A DNA stretch of 64,000 nt from Trichosphaerium sp. ATCC 40318. Its lineage: Eukaryota; Protista; Tubulinea. This document shows, piece by piece, positions 22,721 to 36,589 of this stretch. Within the stretch, counting starts at the first letter, position 1. Every line of letters begins with the position of its first letter. The position numbers were made by a program, and so were the translations under genes. Under the pieces are notes generated by a model, which was given only the letters and a program-made list of their open reading frames with translations, was not told where the DNA came from and ran no database searches. The stretch is taken from NCBI GenBank assembly GCA_038496445.1, contig JALMLS010000216.1:124001-188000 (forward strand), given 5' to 3'.

Positions 22721-24839
22721 AAGATGATGCTATGGAGAAGTGATAATTTCAAAAATTGCAAAATTTTACGAGTTTGCCGTAGCTAACGAAAAGTATCAAC
22801 CACCACTTTATTTATTGCTCCACAAGGAGCTTAGAGTCTGAAAAAGGGTTCAGAATTCTGCTAAAACTTGCTACAAAATTTGACACGTAAATCCTGCAAC
22901 ATGTAATTTTTTTTTACATATTGTTTTGCCATAACAGCTAACCAGAACACAGTATTCCATAATGATTTACCGGTTGAGTAGTTGTTATGATTGTAACCGA
23001 CAGTAGGGAAGCTGTTGGCACTAGCGCTGGAGGTAAAGTTGGCATGTAATCTGGAGGTGAATAGAATCGGCGTGAGCTACATAATATTAACCCAAAATTA
23101 GCTACGTTGCACTACTTTTCGAAATTGACTAGAGCCACTAAAAAATACGCTATTTCTCAAAAATGTTGTACAAAAGCCTCCAAAAGAAAAGATTTCGAAG
23201 AAATACAACATGCCGCCTAATTTCGCGGAATGTAGTGCAAACCCGATGGGTTTGGTTGTAAGTTCATGCGAAAAAAAAAAATTCAGCAGTAAACTCTTTC
23301 CAGGGTCCCCTTTTAAGTCTAGAAGCTATATACGCTAAATGTAGCAAATCTCGAAAGAAAAAGTTGTCAAATAGTGACGTGTACAGCTCGAAAAAATGCC
23401 AAATTTCCGCCAGTTACTGACAAACTTTACACTTTTTCAGAAAACTGACATTTGCAGATATAGGTAAAGCAGTGTTTGTACGATATATATGTGCTACTAT
23501 GAGTAATACCAAAGTTGACGAATACGAGTTAATACCACAATAAATTTGGATGTATTCGAAATGTTCAAATCTTGAGATTATTATTAAACTCAGGAACGCC
23601 TTGGTAAATGGGACGCGTAACCCAATATCTCTCAAAAACCCCTTCTCACGTTGGTCCAATCAAACGCTTGTAGGCGGTGCTGATCCAAATAATCAGCACC
23701 TGCCGTAATCGACTTAAACTCTTCCACCCACACGATTTGCTACAAAGGGCTCGCCATAATTGGAAGGCGAGTCTGGCAATGATGCTCCGATACCCTTCTT
23801 GCAACAAGTTTGCACGTTTGACATTCACGTGTAAGCTCTAGCAATACCCCAAACTTCATCAAACTGGCTTGATATCAATTGTGTTCTAACACAACCAGAG
23901 CCAAAGGCTGCTACGGATCACTGCTGCGCGTCTGCTTGTTCCATGCACTCCACTGACTCAATCACCTCTATTATGGGTGCTCTCATGTCTCTGCACCTTC
24001 GGCTCATCAATTGCCGGCCCTTTGAACAAAGAAACTAAACTAGTAGTCAACACTAGTAATACAAAATAGTATTCCCGCTATGACCCAAAAAAAAGAGGTG
24101 GTAGCGTAGCGTGCCCCATAGTATATTGGGCTCCACTAGTGCTGTAGCACCAGATGGAGCACCTATGTTACGAAGAAGCTTTACTTCTTCGTTGCTAATT
24201 GTGCAACGAAGTATGATTTTCCCAAAGCATGAATGCAATTGTATGCTTGTGCAAGGTTTACGAAGTATGTTTACAATTGTATTGGCATCCCGAGAGATTT
24301 AACGGATTCGTTCTCGAAGTATTATATCAGGTATGCCACGTTGGGAAGTTGGGGCACATCTACTATGCATCTCTATTAATAATTGGAAGAAACAGCGTAC
24401 TTAAGTGGCGACATAAGGCAAGAATTTTAATTGTGGTTTTCAAAAGAGTACGAAATTTCAACAAGACAGAATAAGATAAGATTTAGGGTTATTTGTTGAG
24501 AATTACGACTACGGTAATCACACGTACATTAAAAAACAAGAAAACATATTACACGGGGCTCGCAAATGAAAAAAGACAAAATATTTAAACGACATCTTCT
24601 TCGTACCAGCGACATCTTTGGAGCAGGATGTAATAATGAGGCATCAATTTTCATTCTGGACTGTAAACTATGCTTTAGCCGTATCGTGGGTCCGCACTTC
24701 CAATAGTGTGCCGTCAAAGTACTTCCACAAATTCTAAGGCACCCTGTTTGTTGCACAACAATAAAAAACGGCAATTTTTAAGTTTTAGACATAAGGTAAC
24801 AAATCAAAGGACGTCATTACTATTATGTACTGATAATTT

Positions 24840-26052
24840 TTATTTCTTTGCTGTTTTCCATAGAGCCTCACTAGATACTTTTACACAATTATAAACGTTT
24901 ATATCATCAACTCCACCATCAACAAGTGCTAAAACACCAACATCTGATATTTGTTTGCAATGAAATAAAGTTACTTTTGATACATTAACAAGTGCTTTAA
25001 TCCCTTCATCCGTAACATCTGTACCACTAAGGTCAACGGAATAAGCCTCACCAAGTGTCTTAACACCGTCATCAGTGACTTGAGTAAAAGAGAGATTAAT
25101 AGTATGAACACCAGCCAAGAACTTTACACCATAATCAGTTACTTGTGTGAAAGAAAGATCAATAGTATGGACACCAATTAAAGCTCTAATACCTTCATCT
25201 GTAGCGAAGGAACTCCTTAAATATATCGTATGTACACCAGCTAAAGCCTTTATACCTTCATCCGTGACTCTTGCACATTGTGTCAAGTCTATAGAATGAA
25301 CACCAGCTAAAGCCTTTATGCCTCTATCAGTTACCATATGACATTGCTCCAAGCTTATTGTATGAACGCCAGAAAGAGCTCTAAGAGCAGCATCACTTAC
25401 CCAACTACATCTATCAAGATTAATCGTATGTACACCAGCAAGAGCAATTACACAATTGATAGAAAGTCTACAAGAAGAGATATTTATGCTATGAACTCCA
25501 GCCAACTTTTCAACACCTGAACTTGTTATTTGTACACAACCACTAAGTACTATAGTATGTACACCAGCTAGAGCTTTAATACCAGCGTCTGTAACCTTTT
25601 TGCAGCCTGTAAGGATTATGCTATGTACACCAGACAGCGATTTTAGAGCAGAATCACCAACGTTTATACAATTCGAGAGGTCAATTTTATGAACGCCAGA
25701 GAGCGATTTAACACCTCTGTTTGATACCCTCGGTTTACAACGCACGTATGTTTTCTTTAGTACGTTTTTGCTGCACGTGCGAACGAAACGTAAGATGTGT
25801 GAGTTTCGGTGTAAAACAACTCTAGAATAGCCTAAATGACAATGTACTACGTTTGCGAGTAATCTACAAGTTTGTGCGGCGGCAAATCGCGTATTGCGTA
25901 ACGAATCCAATATTAACACAATTAGCTCCACCGGAAGCGAAACTAGAGTGCTAGAGATGATTTTAGCGGTTTTTGACTCATTTAGGAAAAAATAGATTGT
26001 ACTGTTGTAAAACGTACGAACGGCCATGTGGTTCATCGTATGGTTGACTCAT
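24840..26052 (-). CDS. F-box + LRR ('LAGVHTI' repeats) protein, paralog 1
   Basis: Short first exon MSQPYDEPHGRS, GT-AG intron 26017-25951, then SLPVELIVLILDSL and ~13 repeats LxGVHxIxLxx(C)xxVTDxGIKA. Confidence 0.9.
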
Positions 26053-26315
26053 CTGCATTTAACGCGCCACTGATTTGTCAGTTGTTTTCTTTTCGCTTCA
26101 ACACGTATAAATACGCCAGGAATACAAGAAATGAGGTTAAACCGATTATTGTGGCGTCGTGATGCTATTTCGGATACTACAAAACTTCTGTTTTATGAAA
26201 AGGGTGTTCCTAGTGAGCCACGGGTTACAAGGGTTGTAAATAATTATTCCGCCAACACAAATCTCGATGGCAGCATTTGTCAAAAGCAGTAAACACATTT
26301 TTATTTGTTTCACCC

Positions 26316-29300
26316 CTACGTAGCTCTACGGTGGCCAGAGGTTCTAAAAAGTACTTTTCTGGCGGTGAGTGCCTGACATTAAAATACAATGTTGTTTTCT
26401 TTTCACTTGGATTGTACTATTACACTTGTTTTTGGTCTACTCTGTCTAGTAAGGATCTAGCCCTATCTCCAGCATTCTGGAACTGCTTACGTGCTTCTCG
26501 CACAGATGTCAGAAGATCGAGAACCTTGGAAATAGTTCAGCATTTTTTGGACAATCTGCACTTTTTTGTTCTCGTACCTCTTTATTTGATAGTTGTGGTG
26601 ACTTATATGCTTCTACCATTGCCTGACAAGCTATAACTAGGTCCTAAAGAAATAAACTTAGCTCAATTACTACTAACAGTTGTGTGTTATACCTTCTCCA
26701 TACGTTCTAGTACTGGTAACATCCGGAGACGTGCGCTGACAGCGTCATGTGGATTTGTATTACTAGTAGAATCTTCTGTTGTATCAGGAGTCTTAGCAGT
26801 ATCTGACACTGTACTTTCTACTCTGTCAATCGGAGCTACCATTGCAGGTGGAGACGATGAAACGAGCTTGCTTCCCATAATCAACTTCGGTGAACGATTT
26901 CGTCTGCTTATTCGCTCTTTTTTTGAACCCACACTATCGGCAGTCCGTGCTCTAGGGAAAGGAAGTGGTGATTCCATATGAGAAACTAAATAAAAGGATA
27001 TGTTAAGCGTACGAAGAAGTAAAGAAAGTTCAAATATTTCTTACATTCACGATGAGAACTTCGATATGTTTGTGCCAATAGAGTGCCTTCTCTTTTTGGT
27101 GTACGCCCAAATCCAGGACTGTGCCCAAGTGGATGCTGTAGTGCATTTTTCTTATCATCACTGATTTGTTGTTTTTTACTGCCAGCACTCCAAGACCTTG
27201 TTACACGTGCTTTATTCGGTTTTGTACTTAGATTTTTAGCAGGACGGAAAGAACCTTTTCTCTTTCTTGAAGAGGTCTTTTTTTTGTTTTCTTCATTCCT
27301 GTACAGTGTCATAGGTATAGCCATTTCTCCACGTGCTAATAGCTAAATAAATAAGAAATCAATAATGACACAAATGCGAATTTGACAAAAAAGGTCACGT
27401 GCCAATTGAATGTTATCTACAATTTTGCTTAAATTAGCCAGTTTTTTCAGCTCAATTGTTTCTTCAATATCGCGGCGAATCGATGAAATGACGGCCATCA
27501 CGTTTGCTACCTTTTCGTGAAGCATATAGTCTAATTGCTCGTGATGTTGATATGGAGCTACAACGTTATCTAAACGCTACAGAGAACTTAGTATAACCAT
27601 ATAATTAAATAACAATGACCAAGAAGAACCGAATTCTTGTTCACGTACATCTAGTACTCCTGTTATAATTTTATGTTCAGCAAATGATAAACGCTTCTCG
27701 TTTTCTTTCATTTCAGTTTTAACTAGTGCCAGTTCACTTGACATTGTAGTCTAACAAAGATAAGTAAAATATCTAAGTTCAATAGTAAAAAATACAGGAC
27801 GTCTATAGAGACATTGAGTTTTTCGGCTTTTTCTTACCAACGTTTTGAATAGCTTCTGCTTTATATCTTTTATATCTTTACCGGTAAGGTGTGTATTCTC
27901 CCACCTGTACTTGATGTCACCAGGCGTTTTTGCTATGGCAAAAATACTATCTTATAAAAGGTAAGAAATCATTTTGTGGCTATCAATAAAACAAATACCA
28001 TGAATTGTATTTGTATTCTGAACATGTGTCTGTGGGCGTGGGATAGTTTTCTTCATATTTACTACGAGCTGTACTCTGAATTTATCGCTTAATTTTTTTA
28101 CTACTTTTTTAATTCCATCAATCTCTTCCTTTAACAACTCGACAACAAGAGACTCCTTAAAAGAGAACCCTGTGTGGATCCAAAACCAAAATCTAGCAGT
28201 GTCCTAATAATAAGAAAAGTTAAACAAACGATAGATGAAGGGATCGTTTAGAGTAATCAAGACAAACCTCTGCATCAAAAAACTCAAACTTAACATCACC
28301 TTGTATCAATTTGTTGCTAGGTATATTTACAACAATAAGTTGTCTACAAGAGAAGTTTTAAGCACTCTATCATTAACCTTGAACTAAGTACCTAGCTTCA
28401 TCTGTAACAAACATGCGTGGGTCAAGCCAGAATGTTCCCAACTGAGATTGTATTTTAATTTGACCTATTTTTCAAAGACTTAGAAATAATTTGACATGCA
28501 GGTTACTACGTGTTTTATTATCTAAAAATATATCGAAAGAGTTGGCGGTATTGTCTTAATTACTACAACCATCCAAAAATAAGTGGACATAAAAAAAAAT
28601 ATGTGGAAAACAAGAAAAAAAAAAAAGGGAACCTATTGATGAAAGAGTCCAGTTCTCTATGCGAAGTTCATGTAATTCAAAAGATGCGTCTAAATTTATA
28701 CTAAGACTATCCGATAAATACTGTTCATAATAATGAACATAGCGTCGCTGACTAGAAATAGTGACACCCTAAAAAAAAAATTGAAATGTGTTTTCTCCAA
28801 ATAAACAAAGAAATTACCTTCACATCGCTTGTCCTATAAAACGCGTAAAACTCCATCGCTGGTTCAGCTGTAGGAACAACCATAGAATGCATCAAATAGC
28901 ACGATATAACAGTACCTGTTCTACCCTATGTAGAACTTAACATCAATAGTAAAAGACTGTAAACTGATATGTACCTTCCCAGCTTTACAATGTACTACGG
29001 ACACATTGTCCTCATTTTCTGATAGCCAACGATCCTGATGTATTTAAGAAACTGTTTTTTAGCGTCTTCTATGCGTACCATATCGCTACAGAAGCTTATG
29101 ATTGTTCTAAACGGAGGTGGATTATGGTCATCAAACGGGAAGCTTACAACACTGTAATTAAAGCGGGAAGCTGGATAACTACGCTCAGAGCATCTGAAAG
29201 AGTGTCAGTTGAGGTTTTGTAACACGTTCAGTTTAGTGCATTCGTACAAGTTGTAAACTCTGTGGGAGCCGTAGTGGTTGTGCTCTAGGAACCTAAAGGT

Positions 29301-29636
29301 GTTATTAAAACAAAGAAATAGCAATACAGTACCGTTTTACTTCACTCATGGGATTTCTGAACATTTGTTCCGTTCCTTCGCTTGGACAACCCATTGCAAT
29401 AATTCTGGGCGTAATATACGAAAGATCCAAGTCTGTAATAAATAGTAAATACAAAGTACTCTTCAAGCGAGCAATACGTGTAATAGAACGCGTAAGGATA
29501 GTAATGAAGGCAAATTACCAAATAACAGTCCGTGCGTACCAAATTCTCTTTCAACAAATCTGCGTTTGTTTTTAGACACTAACTGGCGTATAAACGGCAA
29601 TGGGCTTGACGTAAAAGCGCGTTTCGTCTGGCTCAT
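26316..29636 (-). CDS. PTEN: PTEN-like phosphatase with C2 domain and long C-terminal extension; multi-exon
   Basis: VSKNKRRF, DLDLSYITPRIIAMGCP, VYNLCSER, FPFDDHNPP, VHCKAGKGRTG, VTISSQRRYVHYY. Confidence 0.92.
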
Positions 29637-29831
29637 TGTTTCCAGAAGTAATCTTTTACATTAGCCTTTTATTGTGCTGGAGATAATCAAATCAATATCA
29701 TAACAACTTGTTTTAACGCTGACTAAGTCAAATGATCTGCCTGTTGTGGTTTTTGGTAATTAAGCCGATTTTTACAGCGTTCAACAGAAGTCAAATAACT
29801 TTATTCAGACTTTGTAAGTACCCTCTGCCCA

Positions 29832-30830
29832 ATGGAAAGCACTACAAGGCCATCTCAGCAATTATTAACAGCATCAACCAATATTAAGATAATAGAGCTC
29901 CCAACGGAGGTAATAGCCCATCTTCTCTCCTTTGTAGACCGTTCGGATAGATTTCCAGTTTCTCAGAGCTGTAAACAATTGTCTGATGTCGTACACCATC
30001 ACATTGGATATGACTTAATCAAAGTTCAATCAAGTTCTTGCTGTTCTCGTCTTTCTGGCAGTCCACTTCTAAAAAACACTACAATATCATTCGAGAAATT
30101 CTATAAGGCAACTGACAGTGACCTTGCTTGTGTCTCTGGTGTCCAATCACTGATCCTTGAAGACAACGATAACATCACTGAAACAGGTTTACTAACTGTT
30201 TGTGGTGTAACTTGTTTGCGGATAAGAGATTGTTTGTGTACTATCACAGACAAAAGCATATTGCCACTAGCAAAACACCTGAAGTCTGTATATCTATGCG
30301 AAGTACCTAGAATAACAGATGTGGCCATGAAAGCGCTGGCTGGAATACCACATATCTGTTTGCCTTTTTCTAAAGTAACAGATGACGTTTTGTGTGCATT
30401 ATCTGGTGTACACACTATAGATTTGCGTGGTTGTAAGCTGATCTCCAGTAAAGGCATTTCAGCATTAGCTGGAGTGCACACTATTTACTTAGAATGCTCC
30501 GATGTAACTGACTCAGGCATATCTGCATTGACTGGTGTACATACAATTGATATCTCACGTTGTTATAACATTGATACTGGATCTTGTATGAAAAGTCTTG
30601 CAAATGCTCACACAATTGTCCTATCATACACAAATGCAACAGATGAATGGCTTGCTCCGCTATCTGGCGTCAAGATATTGGACATATACTTTTGTAACTA
30701 CATTACAGACAAGGGTCTATCATATTTAACGAGTGTGCAAACACTAAAGATTTGTAAGGACAACGAATTTTCTGAGAAATGCTTAAATGATCTCAGATGT
30801 AGAGGAGTCATTATACAACAACTGGCGTAA
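29832..30830 (+). CDS. F-box + LRR protein, paralog 2
   Basis: ELPTEVIAHLLSFV F-box; repeats LSGVHTIDLRGC, LAGVHTIYLECS, LTGVHTIDISRC. Confidence 0.9.
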   Translation: MESTTRPSQQLLTASTNIKIIELPTEVIAHLLSFVDRSDRFPVSQSCKQLSDVVHHHIGYDLIKVQSSSCCSRLSGSPLLKNTTISFEKFYKATDSDLACVSGVQSLILEDNDNITETGLLTVCGVTCLRIRDCLCTITDKSILPLAKHLKSVYLCEVPRITDVAMKALAGIPHICLPFSKVTDDVLCALSGVHTIDLRGCKLISSKGISALAGVHTIYLECSDVTDSGISALTGVHTIDISRCYNIDTGSCMKSLANAHTIVLSYTNATDEWLAPLSGVKILDIYFCNYITDKGLSYLTSVQTLKICKDNEFSEKCLNDLRCRGVIIQQLA

Positions 30831-30973
30831 AGCACAATCAATCTTTTATCCTCAAAACAAAAATCAAAGGCATTCGTTACAAACAAGACTAGTATTTATT
30901 CAAAACACATGAAAAAAAAAGACTGCCAGTCATTTGGTTTTTCTTCTCAGCAAAAAAGGATATTCGCAATTTT

Positions 30974-33052
<2,079 letters not shown>

Positions 33053-33473
33053 GATGCTATCAATATGTAATGTAAGTTGAACTGTAAATTGTAGCAAACA
33101 AGTTCATCCTCATTTACTCTGCACGACCGCATTTAAAACATGGCCTACTTTGAGCGAAAAAAGCACTTCCTGACACCCACTGACAATATAGTAACGCCTC
33201 GTACCAATTCGCTGGTGAAATTAGTTTAAGGGAAAAGTGATAGCACGTGCTACATACCGTTGTGAACTGAGGGTTGATGCGTCTTTCTGCAATAAAACTA
33301 GTGAACAGCTGTTGCCCTTCGTTTTTTATCATTTTTTATTCTTAACATGATTTGTGGTGTCAAATACTCGTCCCATAAACCATCTGCTCGGGTGTTCAGT
33401 GCACGGAGATTCTTTTAAGCCGTTTTTCTGGATTTGTACTAATACTAACTGCAAACAACCGGATAATAATCGG

Positions 33474-36220
33474 ATGGCACTCCTCACGCAGGGGCAACTA
33501 TGGGTTAGGATTTTAGGCGCTCGGGGAGTAATTTCAACACATGAAGGTATGACACTTTACTCATAAAGCTTATCGCTAACGTTGTAGTGTATTGTAATCT
33601 GCGGGTAGCCGATAGCACGCCTCGTCCGGCTAAATTACGTACAAAACAAGTAAGCGCTTTACATGGGGAACCGCAAGTGCGTATACGCTCAGGATAAATA
33701 CGACCTAACTCGAAAACAGTGGAATGAAGAGTTTCTGTTCAGCTTTCGCGATATTAGCGATCCACTACTCATACATGTATGGGGAGATAGAAAAATACAT
33801 AACAATCAGTTTCTTGGCGAAGTTTCCGTTAGGTAACGAAATTACGCACGCGACATGTCGTTTTTTATTCTTATATTGATTACGCCGTAGAACACTGTAC
33901 TTACTTTGTGTAGTGTTGAACAAATTCTCAACGGTCAATACAATGATAGATGGTTGCCTTTATCAGTACGCATAAATACTTGTACATAAATCACGTGCTC
34001 TTTGGTACATTCTCACGTTCTATGAACAGGGAGAAGAGGTAAAAGGAAAGCCCGGAGAATTACATCTGTTGCTCATTTTTACGCCTTGTGTTGTGCCTCA
34101 AGCGTACGCTGATACGGTTAATATTATACTTACAAGTCAAGCGTAGGATATACGAGCGTGTCAATGTGAGATTACCCTCATTTCGTCTTGTTTTGGAGCG
34201 AGTTGTTTATTTTCCAGGAGAGGTAAAGTGTTCGTTATGTCGTGTAAGCTCTAATGTTGTTAAAGACAATACGCGGTGCTGTTGTATTCAGTGTTGGGAA
34301 GCCCTATAAATGTAGATCTATCAATGGTACGATTAACTAAAAGAGTTTGCGTTAACAGAATATAGTTGGGTTCTTAGGTTTTGAACAAACAGAGTGGTCG
34401 GAGAATCACACGCCAGTACTCTTTTTAATCACAAGCGTAGTATCTAATGCTCTACAACTAGAAAGGGCAGACGACTATACGTACTAACACTTATACCGAG
34501 AAGGCCATATTCTTTAATACCAAAACAATACTTCTTGGACAGCAAAAAAAAACAGTACGCAGGAAACCAAAGTGTTCTTCGTTTGTTGATAGTGTCAGAT
34601 TAAAATAGACTCGGGCGTTTATTACTGGCCTTTTGAGTTCACGTTACCTATGGACTTGCCACCAACTTTCAAACATAAACATGGGTGTGCACAGTATAGT
34701 GTTAACGCATATATTGATTACTTGCTTAAACCAAAGAAGACAATAAACCAAGTACAAACATTTCTATCTCTTACCCACTAAACTCCATCAAGATCATTAC
34801 AATACACGTGGAGTATGCAAATTTGACTGCAGCAACACCAGAAGTAAACCAAAAACACGTTGGTACAAAAGACAACCCTTTCGTCAAAACAAATGTCTAA
34901 CATTTTGTAAAATAGGACACAATAAAGACCCAATTACAATGTCAGCTGTTCTTGCATCTAAAGTGAACTACATTGGCGAAGACCTTGGTGTTAACGTAGT
35001 ATGTGAGAAATCAATTTTTCATTTTGTTTATGTGCGTCAAGTGATAACCTATTTATAGACGATCAATAACGAGTCTTCGAAAGTTATAAAATCTCTAGAA
35101 GTAATACTTAAGGGAAAAGTAACAACAGCTGGAAAACATGGAGATCATTATCAAACAAAAACGTTTAAAATACAAGCTTTTAAGCATACTTTAAAATCAA
35201 ACGAAATTTTACCTGTACAGAGCGGACAGACAAAAAGTGCATTGTTGAACTTTACTTTACCTAAAGATATGTTACCATCACTGTCCCCATGTATATCACC
35301 ACTTGTGCACGTTAAATGGAAGCTAAAAATTATAGCAGATGTTAAAGGTGCGATGTTAAAAAACCCAACTATCTTGAATCTAACTTCGTTAGGTATTATT
35401 TTTTCTCGAGCAAAGGTAAAAACAAAGGTTTGCGTATTCATTGGTTGGCGAGTGCCACAGTCTCTAAAACACATATCCATCCCAGCAATAGTACGCAAGG
35501 TTATTCTAATAACAACGAGCTAACAACTATACAGCCGATGGGAAATCCAAATGAAATACGAGTTATGGAAAGTACGTCAACAAAAATATAATGGTCAGTG
35601 CCAGTCTCAATTTTATCCTAGTTGAGCAGTTGTTACTGCCTCCGCCTTTATTACAGTTTACAGAGATTGAAGACATAAGTAAGGGAGCATTCTCTTACGA
35701 TAAGACAGTGACTATAAATGTACTACAGCATACCAAACCAGCAACCAATTCTCATTACTTTCTAGTGGGGAAATGGTGTTTACGTCCCATCAGATAGACA
35801 AACAGTGGATCCTGTTGTAGATATAAAACGTGTAAGTTGATGGACAATCTTATCTTATATTTAAATTAAGTTGTAATCTAGATACGCAAGAAATACAAAC
35901 TAAACAAAAAAATCAAAAAACAAAAAGGACCACAACTTCTATTACATGGCGATGGCGTACAGAGAACACATTCTTATCCACCTCAAGGCGTACAAGCGTA
36001 TGTCCAACAACAAGTTGTATACCCACAATACCCACCACAACCGCTTGTTATTCAAGGTCAGCCTGTAGTACAAAATCCAATTGGTGTCACACAAGTGCCA
36101 TTCCCTCAACATCAACCTGTTATTCAACAACAAGACATATACGTTCGTAATGCAAATGCTGCTGATGATACAGAGTTTAAAAGATTGATTAAATCTAACT
36201 CAATGCCACTGCCACAATAA
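33474..36220 (+). CDS. C2 domain + arrestin-fold protein with Pro/Gln-rich tail; multi-exon
   Basis: C2: LWVRILGARG, WNEEFLF, FLGEVSV. Arrestin: LERVVYFPGE, GVYYWPFEFTLPMDLPPTF, INNESSKVIK, FTLPKDMLPS. Confidence 0.8.
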
Positions 36221-36589
36221 TGAATAAATAGCTTTAAAAACAGTCAAACAATATTGTTCTTCGGATTTCCTTGAACGGCAGGCCCAGTCCTTATTGGGAG
36301 CGCTTCAAAAGTGCAATCTTTGGTTTAGTACGCGAGTTTAGATATCGCTATATTCTGTACTGGGTTAATTATGGGTTTTGGCAATAAATCTCGGAATAAC
36401 GTTTGATGACATCAAAATACGTCTAAATACACAAGGAGCGTATTTCAGTATTACTTGGCCACTTAGAACAGGTTGTTTCATTCGGAATAACCGGTTTTGA
36501 ATAACTGCGGTCGGAAAAATAAGAGTCCGTAAGTCAAAAGCGGAAAAATAGATATCACCATAATATTTACTCCTGACAATCATAACAAC

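Noticed and set aside
6320-24192. Short hairpins (AACAAGGCG..CGCCTTGTT ~6320; GGTGCTGAT..ATCAGCACC ~23676; ACGAAGAAG..CTTCTTCGT ~24170) as ncRNA or Helitron ends
   Set aside because: A few 9-bp stems are expected by chance in 64 kb. No CTRR terminus or snRNA motif lies next to them.
30101-30481. Antisense or alternate-frame ORFs over LRR/MORN and other genes (e.g. 30101-30481, 46717-47019, 20842-21081)
   Set aside because: These are shadow ORFs of repetitive coding sequence with no independent protein features.
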